IMG/VR virus record: IMGVR_UViG_3300029309_000012
DNA from: an uncultured virus (IMG/VR IMGVR_UViG_3300029309_000012)
Taxonomy: Duplodnaviria > Heunggongvirae > Uroviricota > Caudoviricetes
Reading direction: 5' to 3' (one strand)
Length of the DNA stretch: 20,000 nucleotides
Notes under the pieces: generated by a model
What the model was told of the DNA's origin: nothing
Database searches by the model: none
The model's input: only the letters and a program-made list of their open reading frames with translations
Part shown: positions 1-7,911 of the stretch, in pieces
How positions within the stretch are numbered: the stretch's first letter is position 1
Layout: each line of letters opens with the position of its first letter
Position numbers and translations under genes: made by a program

Positions 1-161
1 ATCATGTCGCCAACCTTCAGAGTGTTGGACAGATCGTTGAAGTAGCCCGACGCATCTACTGCGGTATGTGCATCAGTGGTCGTATACACATACAGAGCAG
101 GGCGGGAGCCGGCGAGTGATTGGCCACCAAGTGCGCCAAATCCATCTTTCGAGTAAGCCAT
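1..161 (-). CDS. Virion structural protein directly downstream of capsid (possible cement/decoration protein); 3' end runs off the window
   Basis: Not in the ORF track. ATG at 161 with GAAGGAG RBS just after the capsid stop; reads MAYSKDGFGALGGQSLAGSRPALYVYTTTDAHTAVDASGYFNDLSNTLKVGDM... open to the window edge. Function inferred from position. Confidence 0.8.
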   Translation of the reverse strand, partial: MAYSKDGFGALGGQSLAGSRPALYVYTTTDAHTAVDASGYFNDLSNTLKVGDM

Positions 162-176
162 CAGTCAGTCTCCTTC

Positions 177-1025
177 CTAGCTCTCACGACATGTGATTTT
201 CGTGATGCCAACAGGGTCGATGGCTACAGCGCCAGCCGAGAACATCGAAGCAACCAGGAAGCTGGTTTTTTCCGGGATGTAATCGACGCGGCTTTGCGCG
301 TTCATGTTGATACCAAGACCCATAGCGTCACGATGGAACGCATAGACGATGCGGTCAGATGAACCGTCGATAGCCAGTCCGCCTTCATCCCTGTCGCCAA
401 CCTGGACAAACCGGAAGCCGAGGAAGGTGTTACCACCTGTCATGTCTCCAGTTACCAAGGCTTTGACAGTGTTGAAATCGGAACTGGTGACTTCGGTTTC
501 AGCCAGCAAACCATCCATGTTATTGGCATGGGCAACGATGACACGGCCTTCAGCAGGGACGTTTGCCGCGTCCATTGCCTTCTTAGCGGCACGAAGTTTC
601 GCCACGTTGAGGTTTGTGTTGGAACCACCGACTGAGTTGGCAACAGTCTGTGTGCCAGAACTTGCCACCAGCGCATCAATAACCACCTGGTCCATCCGAC
701 GACCAATAGCGCCAGCAACAACCTGGACCAGTTCTGCACGGTCCTGGAAGTTCACTTTTGCCTGGTTGAAGATGTCCGAGTATTCAGCAGCGATGTAGTC
801 TTCCATCGTCGCTGTTACCTGGGAGTAGGTTACCGACATAGGGGTCACATCGGTTTGGGGCACACGGATGCTTGCCGTGCCTTTCCCGATCTTCGGGAAT
901 TTTACGGTTGAGCCCTCGACAGTGCGTTCACGGGTGAGACCAGCCAGGGCACGTTGACCCTGGTATGCTTGCTTCACCTCACTGTCGAAGAGGGTCACAA
1001 ACGCATTGCTGATAGATACAGCCAT
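177..1025 (-). CDS. Major capsid protein (282 aa)
   Basis: MAVSISNAFVTLFDSEVKQAYQ..., FPKIGKG, IGRRMDQVVIDAL, FLGFRF: typical podovirus HK97-fold capsid. AAGGAG RBS at 1033-1038 supports ATG 1025. Follows scaffold and portal. Confidence 0.92.
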   Translation of the reverse strand: MAVSISNAFVTLFDSEVKQAYQGQRALAGLTRERTVEGSTVKFPKIGKGTASIRVPQTDVTPMSVTYSQVTATMEDYIAAEYSDIFNQAKVNFQDRAELVQVVAGAIGRRMDQVVIDALVASSGTQTVANSVGGSNTNLNVAKLRAAKKAMDAANVPAEGRVIVAHANNMDGLLAETEVTSSDFNTVKALVTGDMTGGNTFLGFRFVQVGDRDEGGLAIDGSSDRIVYAFHRDAMGLGINMNAQSRVDYIPEKTSFLVASMFSAGAVAIDPVGITKITCRES

Positions 1026-1068
1026 TTGCTTGCTCCTTCGCAAATCAAAGATAGAGGTTTACATCGCA

Positions 1069-1128
1069 ACGGTTGTCCTGGCCGGGCCGTGTATAGCGAG
1101 AACTGGCCGCAAAAAACGGTTGTCAGTT
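1069..1128 (-). promoter_or_regulatory. Structured capsid 5' UTR: two hairpins sharing a C/ACAA internal loop
   Basis: Hairpin 1 (1128-1101) AACUG-ACAA-CCGU-UUUUU-GCGG-C-CAGUU; hairpin 2 (1090-1069) ACGG-C-CC-GGCCA-GG-ACAA-CCGU. Confidence 0.6.
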
Positions 1129-1174
1129 GGGCAAACTATAACCTCACGGGGTTACGCTTACAACTGACAACCGT
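1116..1174. repeat. Perfect 14-bp inverted repeat flanking the capsid promoter
   Basis: ACGGTTGTCAGTTG (1116-1129) is the exact reverse complement of CAACTGACAACCGT (1161-1174); followed by a U run on the minus strand. Confidence 0.9.
1135..1163 (-). promoter_or_regulatory. Sigma70-type promoter for the capsid gene
   Basis: Minus strand TTGTAA (1163-1158) - 17 nt - TATAGT (1140-1135). Confidence 0.7.
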
Positions 1175-1193
1175 ATGGTTTGCCTATTGGAGA

Positions 1194-1214
1194 GAAGCCC
1201 AGGGCTTCCTTTTT
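1194..1214. terminator. Small GC-rich hairpin after the scaffold stop
   Basis: GAAGCCC-A-GGGCTTC (1194-1208), followed by CTTTTT on the plus strand. Confidence 0.45.
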
Positions 1215-2040
1215 ATGCCACGTTCTCCATGAATTGTTGCTCAACCCACTGCGTATAGGCCATGTCTTTGCCATAACGCGGGTCAGCCACAAGCTGCTGG
1301 AGTTCGTTGATAGACTTCTGAGCCCCTTCCTGGATTTCGATGGCGGGGATCGGAGCCTCATTGTATGACTGCCTGATCTTGTTCATGGCAGTGATGAAGC
1401 TGGCGTCTGTCGAAGCGTTGGCCATAGCGTTAATCTCAGCATCGTTGAGAACATTGCTTTGAGCAAACTTCATCAGCCACTGCTCTGTTTCAGCGATGAT
1501 CTTGTCAGCCCGTGGCCCCAGCTTTGCCTTCTGCTCTGCAATGGTCTCCTGGGTCTGCGCTTCCATCTCGCCAGCAGATGCCAGGTAGACTTCAGCAATC
1601 TCATTGAAAGCGTCCTGGCTAATGCCGTGCTTCTTGGCTATTTCGAGATAGCCTGTAAGCATGGGGTCGTCGCTTTCGATGCCGGCGTCAGTCATGATGT
1701 CCATAGCGTATTCGCCATCTTTCGGGGCCTTGTGTAGGCCCTGGGACATCTTTGTGCGGAGTTCCTTGTAGTCACGTTTGACTGTGGCCAGTTCTTCAAA
1801 TGCCTTCTCGACATCGGGCCCGTCAGTCTCAGACCAGAGTTCCGGCGGAATCCACTCAGGTCGATCACCCCAATCAATGGGCTCTTCATCTGCCTCATCT
1901 GTCTCCAGGTGGGGCATAGCCTCTGGCTCTGTCACCTGTTCTTCTTGTGGGGCGTTAAGGTTGAGGAGGGTTTGCTGCTCCTGGTTATCGCTCTGCGGCT
2001 CTTCCGAGTTATCGCTCACGGCCAGTTCATCTTGGTTCAT
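1213..2040 (-). CDS. Capsid scaffolding (assembly) protein
   Basis: Highly acidic and helical 275 aa with RPEWIP motif and C-terminal DPRY...Y; lies between portal and capsid. Confidence 0.82.
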   Translation of the reverse strand: MNQDELAVSDNSEEPQSDNQEQQTLLNLNAPQEEQVTEPEAMPHLETDEADEEPIDWGDRPEWIPPELWSETDGPDVEKAFEELATVKRDYKELRTKMSQGLHKAPKDGEYAMDIMTDAGIESDDPMLTGYLEIAKKHGISQDAFNEIAEVYLASAGEMEAQTQETIAEQKAKLGPRADKIIAETEQWLMKFAQSNVLNDAEINAMANASTDASFITAMNKIRQSYNEAPIPAIEIQEGAQKSINELQQLVADPRYGKDMAYTQWVEQQFMENVA

Positions 2041-2285
2041 AAGTTACGACCTCTTGTGATGCGCCTCTCAATCTCCCGGACAATGCTGTTCTGTCCCTCT
2101 CGCGCAAAGCCATGAGACGCATCTTCGCCTGGGTACCAGGTAGGCTGCTCAATCGTGGTCTTGCGGAGATGTTCAAGAACGCTCTGCCCTTCCTTTGTGG
2201 AGAAGCAACGCACAAAGGCACGATCCAGGTCATCACGATCCGATACACCTGGCGTCAGGATTTGGAATACATCTTGTTCGCTCAT
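2037..2285 (-). CDS. Bbp19-like small head-module protein
   Basis: FSTKEGQSVLEHLRK...REGQNSIVREI pattern and position between portal and scaffold, as in BPP-1-like phages. Confidence 0.75.
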   Translation of the reverse strand: MSEQDVFQILTPGVSDRDDLDRAFVRCFSTKEGQSVLEHLRKTTIEQPTWYPGEDASHGFAREGQNSIVREIERRITRGRNL

Positions 2286-3823
2286 TGCTGTGGTCCTTGC
2301 ATCTGTGCCATCGCACTCTGCATTTCTTTGATAATAGCCTCACGCGCCTCTTGGCTATTGATGATGCTGCGCGGCACGGCCATCTTCTCAACAATGTAGT
2401 CGAGCATCGCATCCTGGTTGATTGCTACCTGGCCCATCGGGCCGGCTGTCTGAGCAATCTGTGCAAACTCCAGGACATTCCGCAGATCATCCATGTTTTG
2501 CGCCTGTGCCAAGGGAGAAACAGGCACAACGCGAACTACCTTGCCATCAGCCTTCAGAGGCATATCAACCAGGTCTTTCTCGTTCATCACATAGAGTATG
2601 CGGTTGACCATCGGCATCATACATTCTGTGATGAGGCGTCCGTAGGCAGCGCCCAGGTTCTGGGACAACTCCTTCATACGTTCCACGATCTCAGTGGCTG
2701 ACCTGGCTGACTGCGTGTCGAGGGGCAGGGTGTCATCCAGGAGCATCTTCTTGATGCCCATCACCAGGTCGTTGATCACTAGCTGACCCACATTGAAGTC
2801 AGCGGCAGACCGCAGTGGCTGGAGACTTGCGCCATTGGGGCCACCGTTCCTGGCGACAGGGATTATCGCACCAGGAGCGATGGCTATGTTTTGTGGGTTG
2901 AGGACGCCATCATCGGCCGCGGTGTATACACCAGCCACAGCGATAGAGGCGTTCTTCAACACCAGTTCCTTGACCTTGTTGAGGGTCTTGATGTCGGGTA
3001 GGGCTGAGACCAACGGGCCGCGCCCGTAGACTTCGCCGGCAACCTTCATATACCTGGCGACAATCCAGGGGCTAACATCCATTGTGCGATACACCAGGTC
3101 ACTCGCACCGGCCGCTTTCTTGTCCTTTGCATAGACCAGGTGATAGCAGTAGGTCTGCATCTGCTCTGACCAGACTGTGGCCTCAAGGAGTTCAATCTCC
3201 TCATCACCCTGGTCAACGGCCTTTCGCGCCAGGTCCTCTGGCAGTTTGGCGTCAGGCCACTGTCTCTGTATCACATCAACCCTGACCCGCATCCGGCGGT
3301 AGACATTATCGACAACGCCGTAGGGCCCTTCTTCCAGGCTCACCAGGTACTGTGGGACAGCGGTGAAGCGGACAGGCGCATCGTCATCGCCAGGCTGGAT
3401 CAGCATGACGGCCGTGCCGACACATAGATCAAGCAGGAATTCCGACATTGCCAGGTCGAAGTTGGTCTGCCGAATCACATCGAACATGCGGTCAGTGTAT
3501 AAATCCAGGGCCTGGCCGATTTCTTCCTGGCGGTCCTCTGGCACCTCATTGCCATTCTGGAGCCGGCACCAGTTGCGATATGGCGGGAAGAGGGCGGACT
3601 GGATGCGGTTGGCAAACCTCTGTGTCGAGTTGATGGCCGTCGCATCGAAGACCCTGGCCATCTTGTCCTGGCCTGGCGACTTGCCGTCATAAAAGCCGGA
3701 GTAGAGATTGCGTTGCGGCAGGGCGAACTCGTAACACTCCTCATAGATGGACCGCCACTGGTTCTTCCTGGCGTCCGCCTTCTCAGCGCGTTTCATAATC
3801 TCATGCGGTGTGAACTGTGCCAT
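2282..3823 (-). CDS. Portal protein (head-tail connector, T7/BPP-1 type)
   Basis: 513 aa; FDATAINS, GEVYGRGP, LPDIKTLN, SATEIVER, VSPLAQAQ motifs typical of podovirus head-tail connectors. Confidence 0.95.
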   Translation of the reverse strand: MAQFTPHEIMKRAEKADARKNQWRSIYEECYEFALPQRNLYSGFYDGKSPGQDKMARVFDATAINSTQRFANRIQSALFPPYRNWCRLQNGNEVPEDRQEEIGQALDLYTDRMFDVIRQTNFDLAMSEFLLDLCVGTAVMLIQPGDDDAPVRFTAVPQYLVSLEEGPYGVVDNVYRRMRVRVDVIQRQWPDAKLPEDLARKAVDQGDEEIELLEATVWSEQMQTYCYHLVYAKDKKAAGASDLVYRTMDVSPWIVARYMKVAGEVYGRGPLVSALPDIKTLNKVKELVLKNASIAVAGVYTAADDGVLNPQNIAIAPGAIIPVARNGGPNGASLQPLRSAADFNVGQLVINDLVMGIKKMLLDDTLPLDTQSARSATEIVERMKELSQNLGAAYGRLITECMMPMVNRILYVMNEKDLVDMPLKADGKVVRVVPVSPLAQAQNMDDLRNVLEFAQIAQTAGPMGQVAINQDAMLDYIVEKMAVPRSIINSQEAREAIIKEMQSAMAQMQGPQQ

Positions 3824-3975
3824 TAGGTGCCCACTTCCTTCTGTGCTTTTGAGTGGGCGCTTTTGAAGCTGCTGCCTAATCTCATGCTTTCGCGCATCAT
3901 CTTCATATGTTTTTTGGAATGATGTTGTGAGTGGTTCAGCAATAGCCTTTTTTGATTTTTGGTTAACTTTTTCAT
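3823..3975 (-). CDS. Small basic His/Lys-rich protein (50 aa)
   Basis: Not in the ORF track. MKKLTKNQKRLLLNHSQHHSKKHMKMMRESMRLGSSFKSAHSKAQKEVGT*; coupled to both neighbours (TGATG and TAATG overlaps). Confidence 0.8.
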   Translation of the reverse strand: MKKLTKNQKRLLLNHSQHHSKKHMKMMRESMRLGSSFKSAHSKAQKEVGT

Positions 3976-4262
3976 CACGCTTTTGCCTTCAGTCTTTTAG
4001 AGATTGCCGCGGACTTCTTCCTGGCATCGGCCTTGGATGACGCGCCCCAGGCCCGGAGGGAGAGGAGTAGCCTGGTAGGTCGCCCCTTGCTGTCGCGCTC
4101 CGGCCCGGAGTTGCCGGCCATACGCGCCAGGAAAGAAGCGCGGCGTGGGTTGTCACCAGACTTGACCGGGGGCTTTAGGTTCGCCCCTTCCTTCCGCTTG
4201 AAGTGGGCCCGACCCGCAGCGTTCAATCCGCCCTTCGGGTTCTGGTGTCGCTTCAGTGTCAC
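3975..4262 (-). CDS. Small basic phage protein (DUF6321-like)
   Basis: HQNPKGGLNAAGR...RRASFLARM...LSLRAWG; family recalled from memory; coupled to neighbours. Confidence 0.75.
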   Translation of the reverse strand: MTLKRHQNPKGGLNAAGRAHFKRKEGANLKPPVKSGDNPRRASFLARMAGNSGPERDSKGRPTRLLLSLRAWGASSKADARKKSAAISKRLKAKA

Positions 4263-4474
4263 TTCTTCTTACCCTTCAGCAGATCGGCGTCAGCCTTCCG
4301 CGCACCGCCACGGCCGGTGACGAAAGATCGAACCCTGCCCATCGCCCAAGCGTTAGCTGAGACTTTTGGTCTGCTACCACTGGAATAGTAGGCCCCCAAC
4401 CCACGTCTATAGACTTGCATCAGCTTGGAATGGCTAAAGCGACTTGCCCCTGGGATACCGGAAAAACTAGGCAC
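4259..4474 (-). CDS. Small basic protein (DUF5824-like)
   Basis: VYRRGLGAYYSSGSRPKVSANAWAMGRVRSF motif; overlaps neighbours. Confidence 0.7.
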   Translation of the reverse strand: MPSFSGIPGASRFSHSKLMQVYRRGLGAYYSSGSRPKVSANAWAMGRVRSFVTGRGGARKADADLLKGKKK

Positions 4475-4649
4475 GGCTTCTCTCCTTTGAGATGCGGTCC
4501 ATCATGGCGGGGGTCAGTTTCCCTGCCTTGTAGAGCCGGCGCGTGTTCAATATCTCTCTGCGCCTGGCGTCAGGGTTTTTGGCCCCGGCGATATACTTCT
4601 TAGGGACGCCAGACTTCTTGTCTTTCGGGACGCGCTTGAACTTACGCAT
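4467..4649 (-). CDS. Small basic hypothetical protein
   Basis: 60 aa, K/R-rich (VPKDKKSGVPKKYI); TAATG coupling to the upstream gene. Confidence 0.7.
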   Translation of the reverse strand: MRKFKRVPKDKKSGVPKKYIAGAKNPDARRREILNTRRLYKAGKLTPAMMDRISKERSRA

Positions 4650-4918
4650 TACGCGCCCAACTGCGTGTTGGCACCCTTATCGGTAATGCCCTTGGCCGCA
4701 TTGGCACGGGCAGGAGATAGCAGCAGACGGTATGCACTGCGACCCCGACGCCTTGCCCTAGCAGAAGCAGCAGCGGTCCTGGATGCAGCAGCCTCTTGCT
4801 GATCAAGCCGCGCTTCCTGCTTGTCCAGAAGTTCAGTTTGCCTGTCCATCGCCTCTGTCTGCTTTTTCATCGCCGCAGACGTATCCGGCATCTTTGGCTT
4901 AGAGAAAATCGCGCCCAT
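4649..4918 (-). CDS. Small coiled-coil probable virion protein
   Basis: MGAIFSKPKMP...RRRGR...LLS...LGA; type of gene usually found just before the portal. Confidence 0.72.
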   Translation of the reverse strand: MGAIFSKPKMPDTSAAMKKQTEAMDRQTELLDKQEARLDQQEAAASRTAAASARARRRGRSAYRLLLSPARANAAKGITDKGANTQLGA

Positions 4919-5394
4919 CAGTAGAACCTCGCAAAAACATCATAGTCGTCACCCTCTGGCCCATAACGGGTGAGGGTGGCTTCTCTCTCAAAGTAAAGAG
5001 CCTGGGCAAACCTGACAGCTTGAAGGTGTGATGAACGGACCATGAATTGCAGTCTTCGTAGTCCCATAGCAGGACCAACGTGACTGATGATGCCTCTACC
5101 ACCCCTTACTAATGCAACTGCTCTAGTACCAATGCGACTGCTTGGCACCATCCAGCCCTCTGCCAGGCCTGGCCAGATGGGGTAGATGCCAAAGCAAAGC
5201 ACGGGTCTGTTGTCATCGAACACGGTAAATGCTGGCGTTCCCTCTGCCTGGTGACGCAGATACTCACCAAAGTCCGGGATCGCAGCCGCCAGGTCCTTGG
5301 ACTTTTCGCCCAGGGGCATCAGCTTCAGATGACCATAGTGAAACTTCACAGTCCGATATCCACACCAGGCCTCAACCTGGTCAGGCGTCACCAT
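4918..5394 (-). CDS. GNAT acetyltransferase-like protein
   Basis: CFGIYPIWPGLAEGW, LRRLQFMV, FEREATLTRYGPEGDDY; GNAT-like fold pattern; directly after terL. Confidence 0.65.
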   Translation of the reverse strand: MVTPDQVEAWCGYRTVKFHYGHLKLMPLGEKSKDLAAAIPDFGEYLRHQAEGTPAFTVFDDNRPVLCFGIYPIWPGLAEGWMVPSSRIGTRAVALVRGGRGIISHVGPAMGLRRLQFMVRSSHLQAVRFAQALYFEREATLTRYGPEGDDYDVFARFY

Positions 5395-6938
5395 ACCGAG
5401 AACTCAGTCTTGGCCACGGCTTGCTGGAACACCCCGCGGCTAGGGCCCCTGGTCATCCGCCGATGCTCACCAGCCCCAAGCAGCAGATAGCCAAACGCAT
5501 CGCCAACGTGGCTGCTGTCATTCTTATTGGGCATGTCCCGGAACCTGTCAGTCCCGCCACTGATCCCAACCCTCTTGAAGTGATAGCCACCCGCCAGGGC
5601 CTTCCTCAAGCGGCTGCAACGGGCATTGACCCGCAGACCAGGCTTACCGTCCACAAGCCGCAACATAGGCGCTGCACCAGCCTCACGCCGCACCTGGAAG
5701 TCATTTGACGCCGTAGGCTGGGCCGTCAGTCCAATCGTCCGCAAATGATCAAAAGCCGTGACCTCAAATATCTCATCACGCTTCATGCCGGCCGGATCGC
5801 CCCAGACCTTCACCTCAGACTTCGGATACTTCATGTTCAACTCATAGAGCAGCATCTGGCCAAACCGCTCCAGGCCCATATCCTCAGTCACAATCTCATC
5901 CAGGATGTGCCACTTGCCAGACATAAACCGCTGGCCAATCACCGCCGCAGGGGTCAAGCCAAAGTCCAAACCAACATGGATCGGCAGCGACAGATCAACG
6001 CCCAGGTCATCATCGACCATGATCGTGTCCTCATACTCATGCCAGACCGGCTTGCCCTCTTTGACATACACATACTTGCCGCCGACATAGCACTCAATCC
6101 AGTCCAACTCCTTGTCGCCAATCTGCTGCTCATAATAACCCTGCGGCAAATTCTTGATGTTCTCAGCCCTGGCATTGTTCACCCACCACCGGCCGGCACC
6201 CGGCATCGCATCAACATCCGTACTGACACTCTCAATCATGCCAGGCGGCTGCTTGTAGAAGTTCCACTTGTACTTGCCCTTGACCCTCTCCTTCTCAGAC
6301 AAGCGATGCCACCAGTGGTCCGAATCCATCGGATTGGTGTCAGCCCATATCCCGCGCCAGGGACAACCACCATGGCCCCTGGTAGGATAACGCCCGACAC
6401 GATGAGTAAGCCCCTGGACGATACTGAGCGGCAGTTCCCTGGCCTCGTTCACCCAGGCCCCTGATAATTCTAGAGAAAGCAATTTCCGTATATCTTTAGG
6501 CTGATCCAACGCCAGGAAGATCACCTCACAATCAATCCCCGCAGCATCTCCCCTGGCCGGCAACTTGATATGATGCGTCAAAGGTGGGCTCCAACGCATT
6601 GGCCCAAATGTATGTTCCGGGAAAAGTTCAAGCCAGGTCTTGATCGTCGTCGTCCGCAACTCAGGATAACTGTTCCTGACCACAACAAAGCGGCTGTACC
6701 TGACCCCATCCTTCGGCGAGACCGGCTGCTTCACCGCCCGGAGCATCACCTCCGCGGCACAAGCATACGACTTGCCAGAGCCAACAGGCCCCATCAAACC
6801 CCGAAAGAAAGCATCATCACTCAGGAACTTCCACACCGTAGGGCTGGTGCTGAAATCCAAATCCAAGCCACCAAAGGCACCATCAGCATCAACACGACGC
6901 CGGCTAGACCTATCACTCGCCGCTCTTGTCCTCGCCAT
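5388..6938 (-). CDS. terL: Terminase large subunit
   Basis: Walker A GPVGSGKS, Walker B region AWVNEARE, coupling motif DTNP, nuclease GLDFG and SHVGDA. GAGGAG RBS supports ATG 6938. Confidence 0.95.
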   Translation of the reverse strand: MARTRAASDRSSRRRVDADGAFGGLDLDFSTSPTVWKFLSDDAFFRGLMGPVGSGKSYACAAEVMLRAVKQPVSPKDGVRYSRFVVVRNSYPELRTTTIKTWLELFPEHTFGPMRWSPPLTHHIKLPARGDAAGIDCEVIFLALDQPKDIRKLLSLELSGAWVNEARELPLSIVQGLTHRVGRYPTRGHGGCPWRGIWADTNPMDSDHWWHRLSEKERVKGKYKWNFYKQPPGMIESVSTDVDAMPGAGRWWVNNARAENIKNLPQGYYEQQIGDKELDWIECYVGGKYVYVKEGKPVWHEYEDTIMVDDDLGVDLSLPIHVGLDFGLTPAAVIGQRFMSGKWHILDEIVTEDMGLERFGQMLLYELNMKYPKSEVKVWGDPAGMKRDEIFEVTAFDHLRTIGLTAQPTASNDFQVRREAGAAPMLRLVDGKPGLRVNARCSRLRKALAGGYHFKRVGISGGTDRFRDMPNKNDSSHVGDAFGYLLLGAGEHRRMTRGPSRGVFQQAVAKTEFSVW

Positions 6939-7329
6939 CCTTCTCCTCATAGTCGGTCACAACCGGACCCGTCATGTTGATCCCAATCACAGATGGCCGG
7001 TCACTCTTCTCAAGACCCGGTGTCAACAAACCATGATGCTGACTTAACATCCGCAACGCCGACACCTTGTCGTGCATCTCAACCTCAATCGCATTGCCCA
7101 TCCTGGTCGGCGTGACTTTCACCTTCTTGATCGCCCTCCTGGTACTCAAAGGCACATCCTTCGCATCCTTCAACGTCACCCGACCCTGCTCATCCCAAGA
7201 CATGACCTCAGTGATGTCCGATGTCGCCAGCGTGGCCAACTCCTGCTTCACGCCCTCACGCTCATCACCATCGCCATACACCAGCGCCTTACGCATCTGG
7301 CGCACCGTCATCTTCTTCTCATCGCTCAT
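6913..7329 (-). CDS. terS: Terminase small subunit
   Basis: ELATLATSDIT...AIKKVKV...IEVEMHDKVSALRML pattern; overlaps the terL start. Confidence 0.75.
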   Translation of the reverse strand: MSDEKKMTVRQMRKALVYGDGDEREGVKQELATLATSDITEVMSWDEQGRVTLKDAKDVPLSTRRAIKKVKVTPTRMGNAIEVEMHDKVSALRMLSQHHGLLTPGLEKSDRPSVIGINMTGPVVTDYEEKDGEDKSGE

Positions 7330-7471
7330 GCTTCGTCCCCATCCAGGCAAACGGTTTCTTGTACGGCCGGTCCTGACGCGATGGCGCAGAAGCAGATACA
7401 TGCCAGGCCTTCTCGCGGATGCGCCTCAACTCCTGCTTGAACCACTCAAGCCTTTGCTTTCTCGTAAGCAT
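7319..7471 (-). CDS. Small hypothetical protein
   Basis: MLTRKQRLEWFKQELRRIREKAW..., AAGGAAG upstream; fills the gap between neighbours with overlaps. Confidence 0.45.
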   Translation of the reverse strand: MLTRKQRLEWFKQELRRIREKAWHVSASAPSRQDRPYKKPFAWMGTKHER

Positions 7472-7754
7472 CCAGGACTTCCTTCTCAATGTCGGCAATC
7501 CCGCGGCCAATGCCGCCATAACCAATGACATCCGCCCAACTGTCGTCATGCGTCGGCTCATTCATCAAACGCGATAGCTTCACCGCCACCATGCACATCA
7601 CCACCTGGTTCGGAGATATGTCCTGGCCCAACAGCACAGACCATAACTGCGCGATGTGCGTATGATTGGAGTAGGGCGTCCCATAGTTCGCGCCACGCTC
7701 CTCAAGGATGTCGGCCACGCTCTCTATGGCCTGGCTGTAACGGTCATCGGTCAT
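7446..7754 (-). CDS. DUF6378-like protein (nucleotide-modification-associated family)
   Basis: ERGANYG...IAQLWS...VVMCMVAVKLSRL...HDDSWADVIGY. Confidence 0.8.
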   Translation of the reverse strand: MTDDRYSQAIESVADILEERGANYGTPYSNHTHIAQLWSVLLGQDISPNQVVMCMVAVKLSRLMNEPTHDDSWADVIGYGGIGRGIADIEKEVLDAYEKAKA

Positions 7755-7911
7755 TGGCAAAATCTCCAAAATTTTGAGCGAGGCCCCCCACAGTACACGC
7801 GGAGGGTGGGGGCCAAGGGGTGCTTTCCCAATGATATCAATGCGTTGCGCTGCAATGCAGGGGCCCTTGTCAATAGCGATACGAGCGTTTGGCTGTTGTA
7901 AATCCAGGACA
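7755..7911. promoter_or_regulatory. Intergenic control or packaging region with IHF consensus and inverted repeats
   Basis: TATCAATGCGTTG (7835-7847) matches WATCAANNNNTTR; GGCCCCCCAC...GTGGGGGCC repeat; imperfect palindrome at 7871-7898. Confidence 0.5.

Noticed and set aside
1170..1190. AUAGGCAAACCAU (minus strand) as a c-di-GMP-I riboswitch start
   Set aside because: The GNRA loop and downstream GACGCAAAG element are missing.
5229..6980. Long plus-strand ORFs antisense to terL, and similar ones opposite the portal, primase and recombinase
   Set aside because: Shadow ORFs from GC-rich codon usage; no RBS or recognisable motifs.
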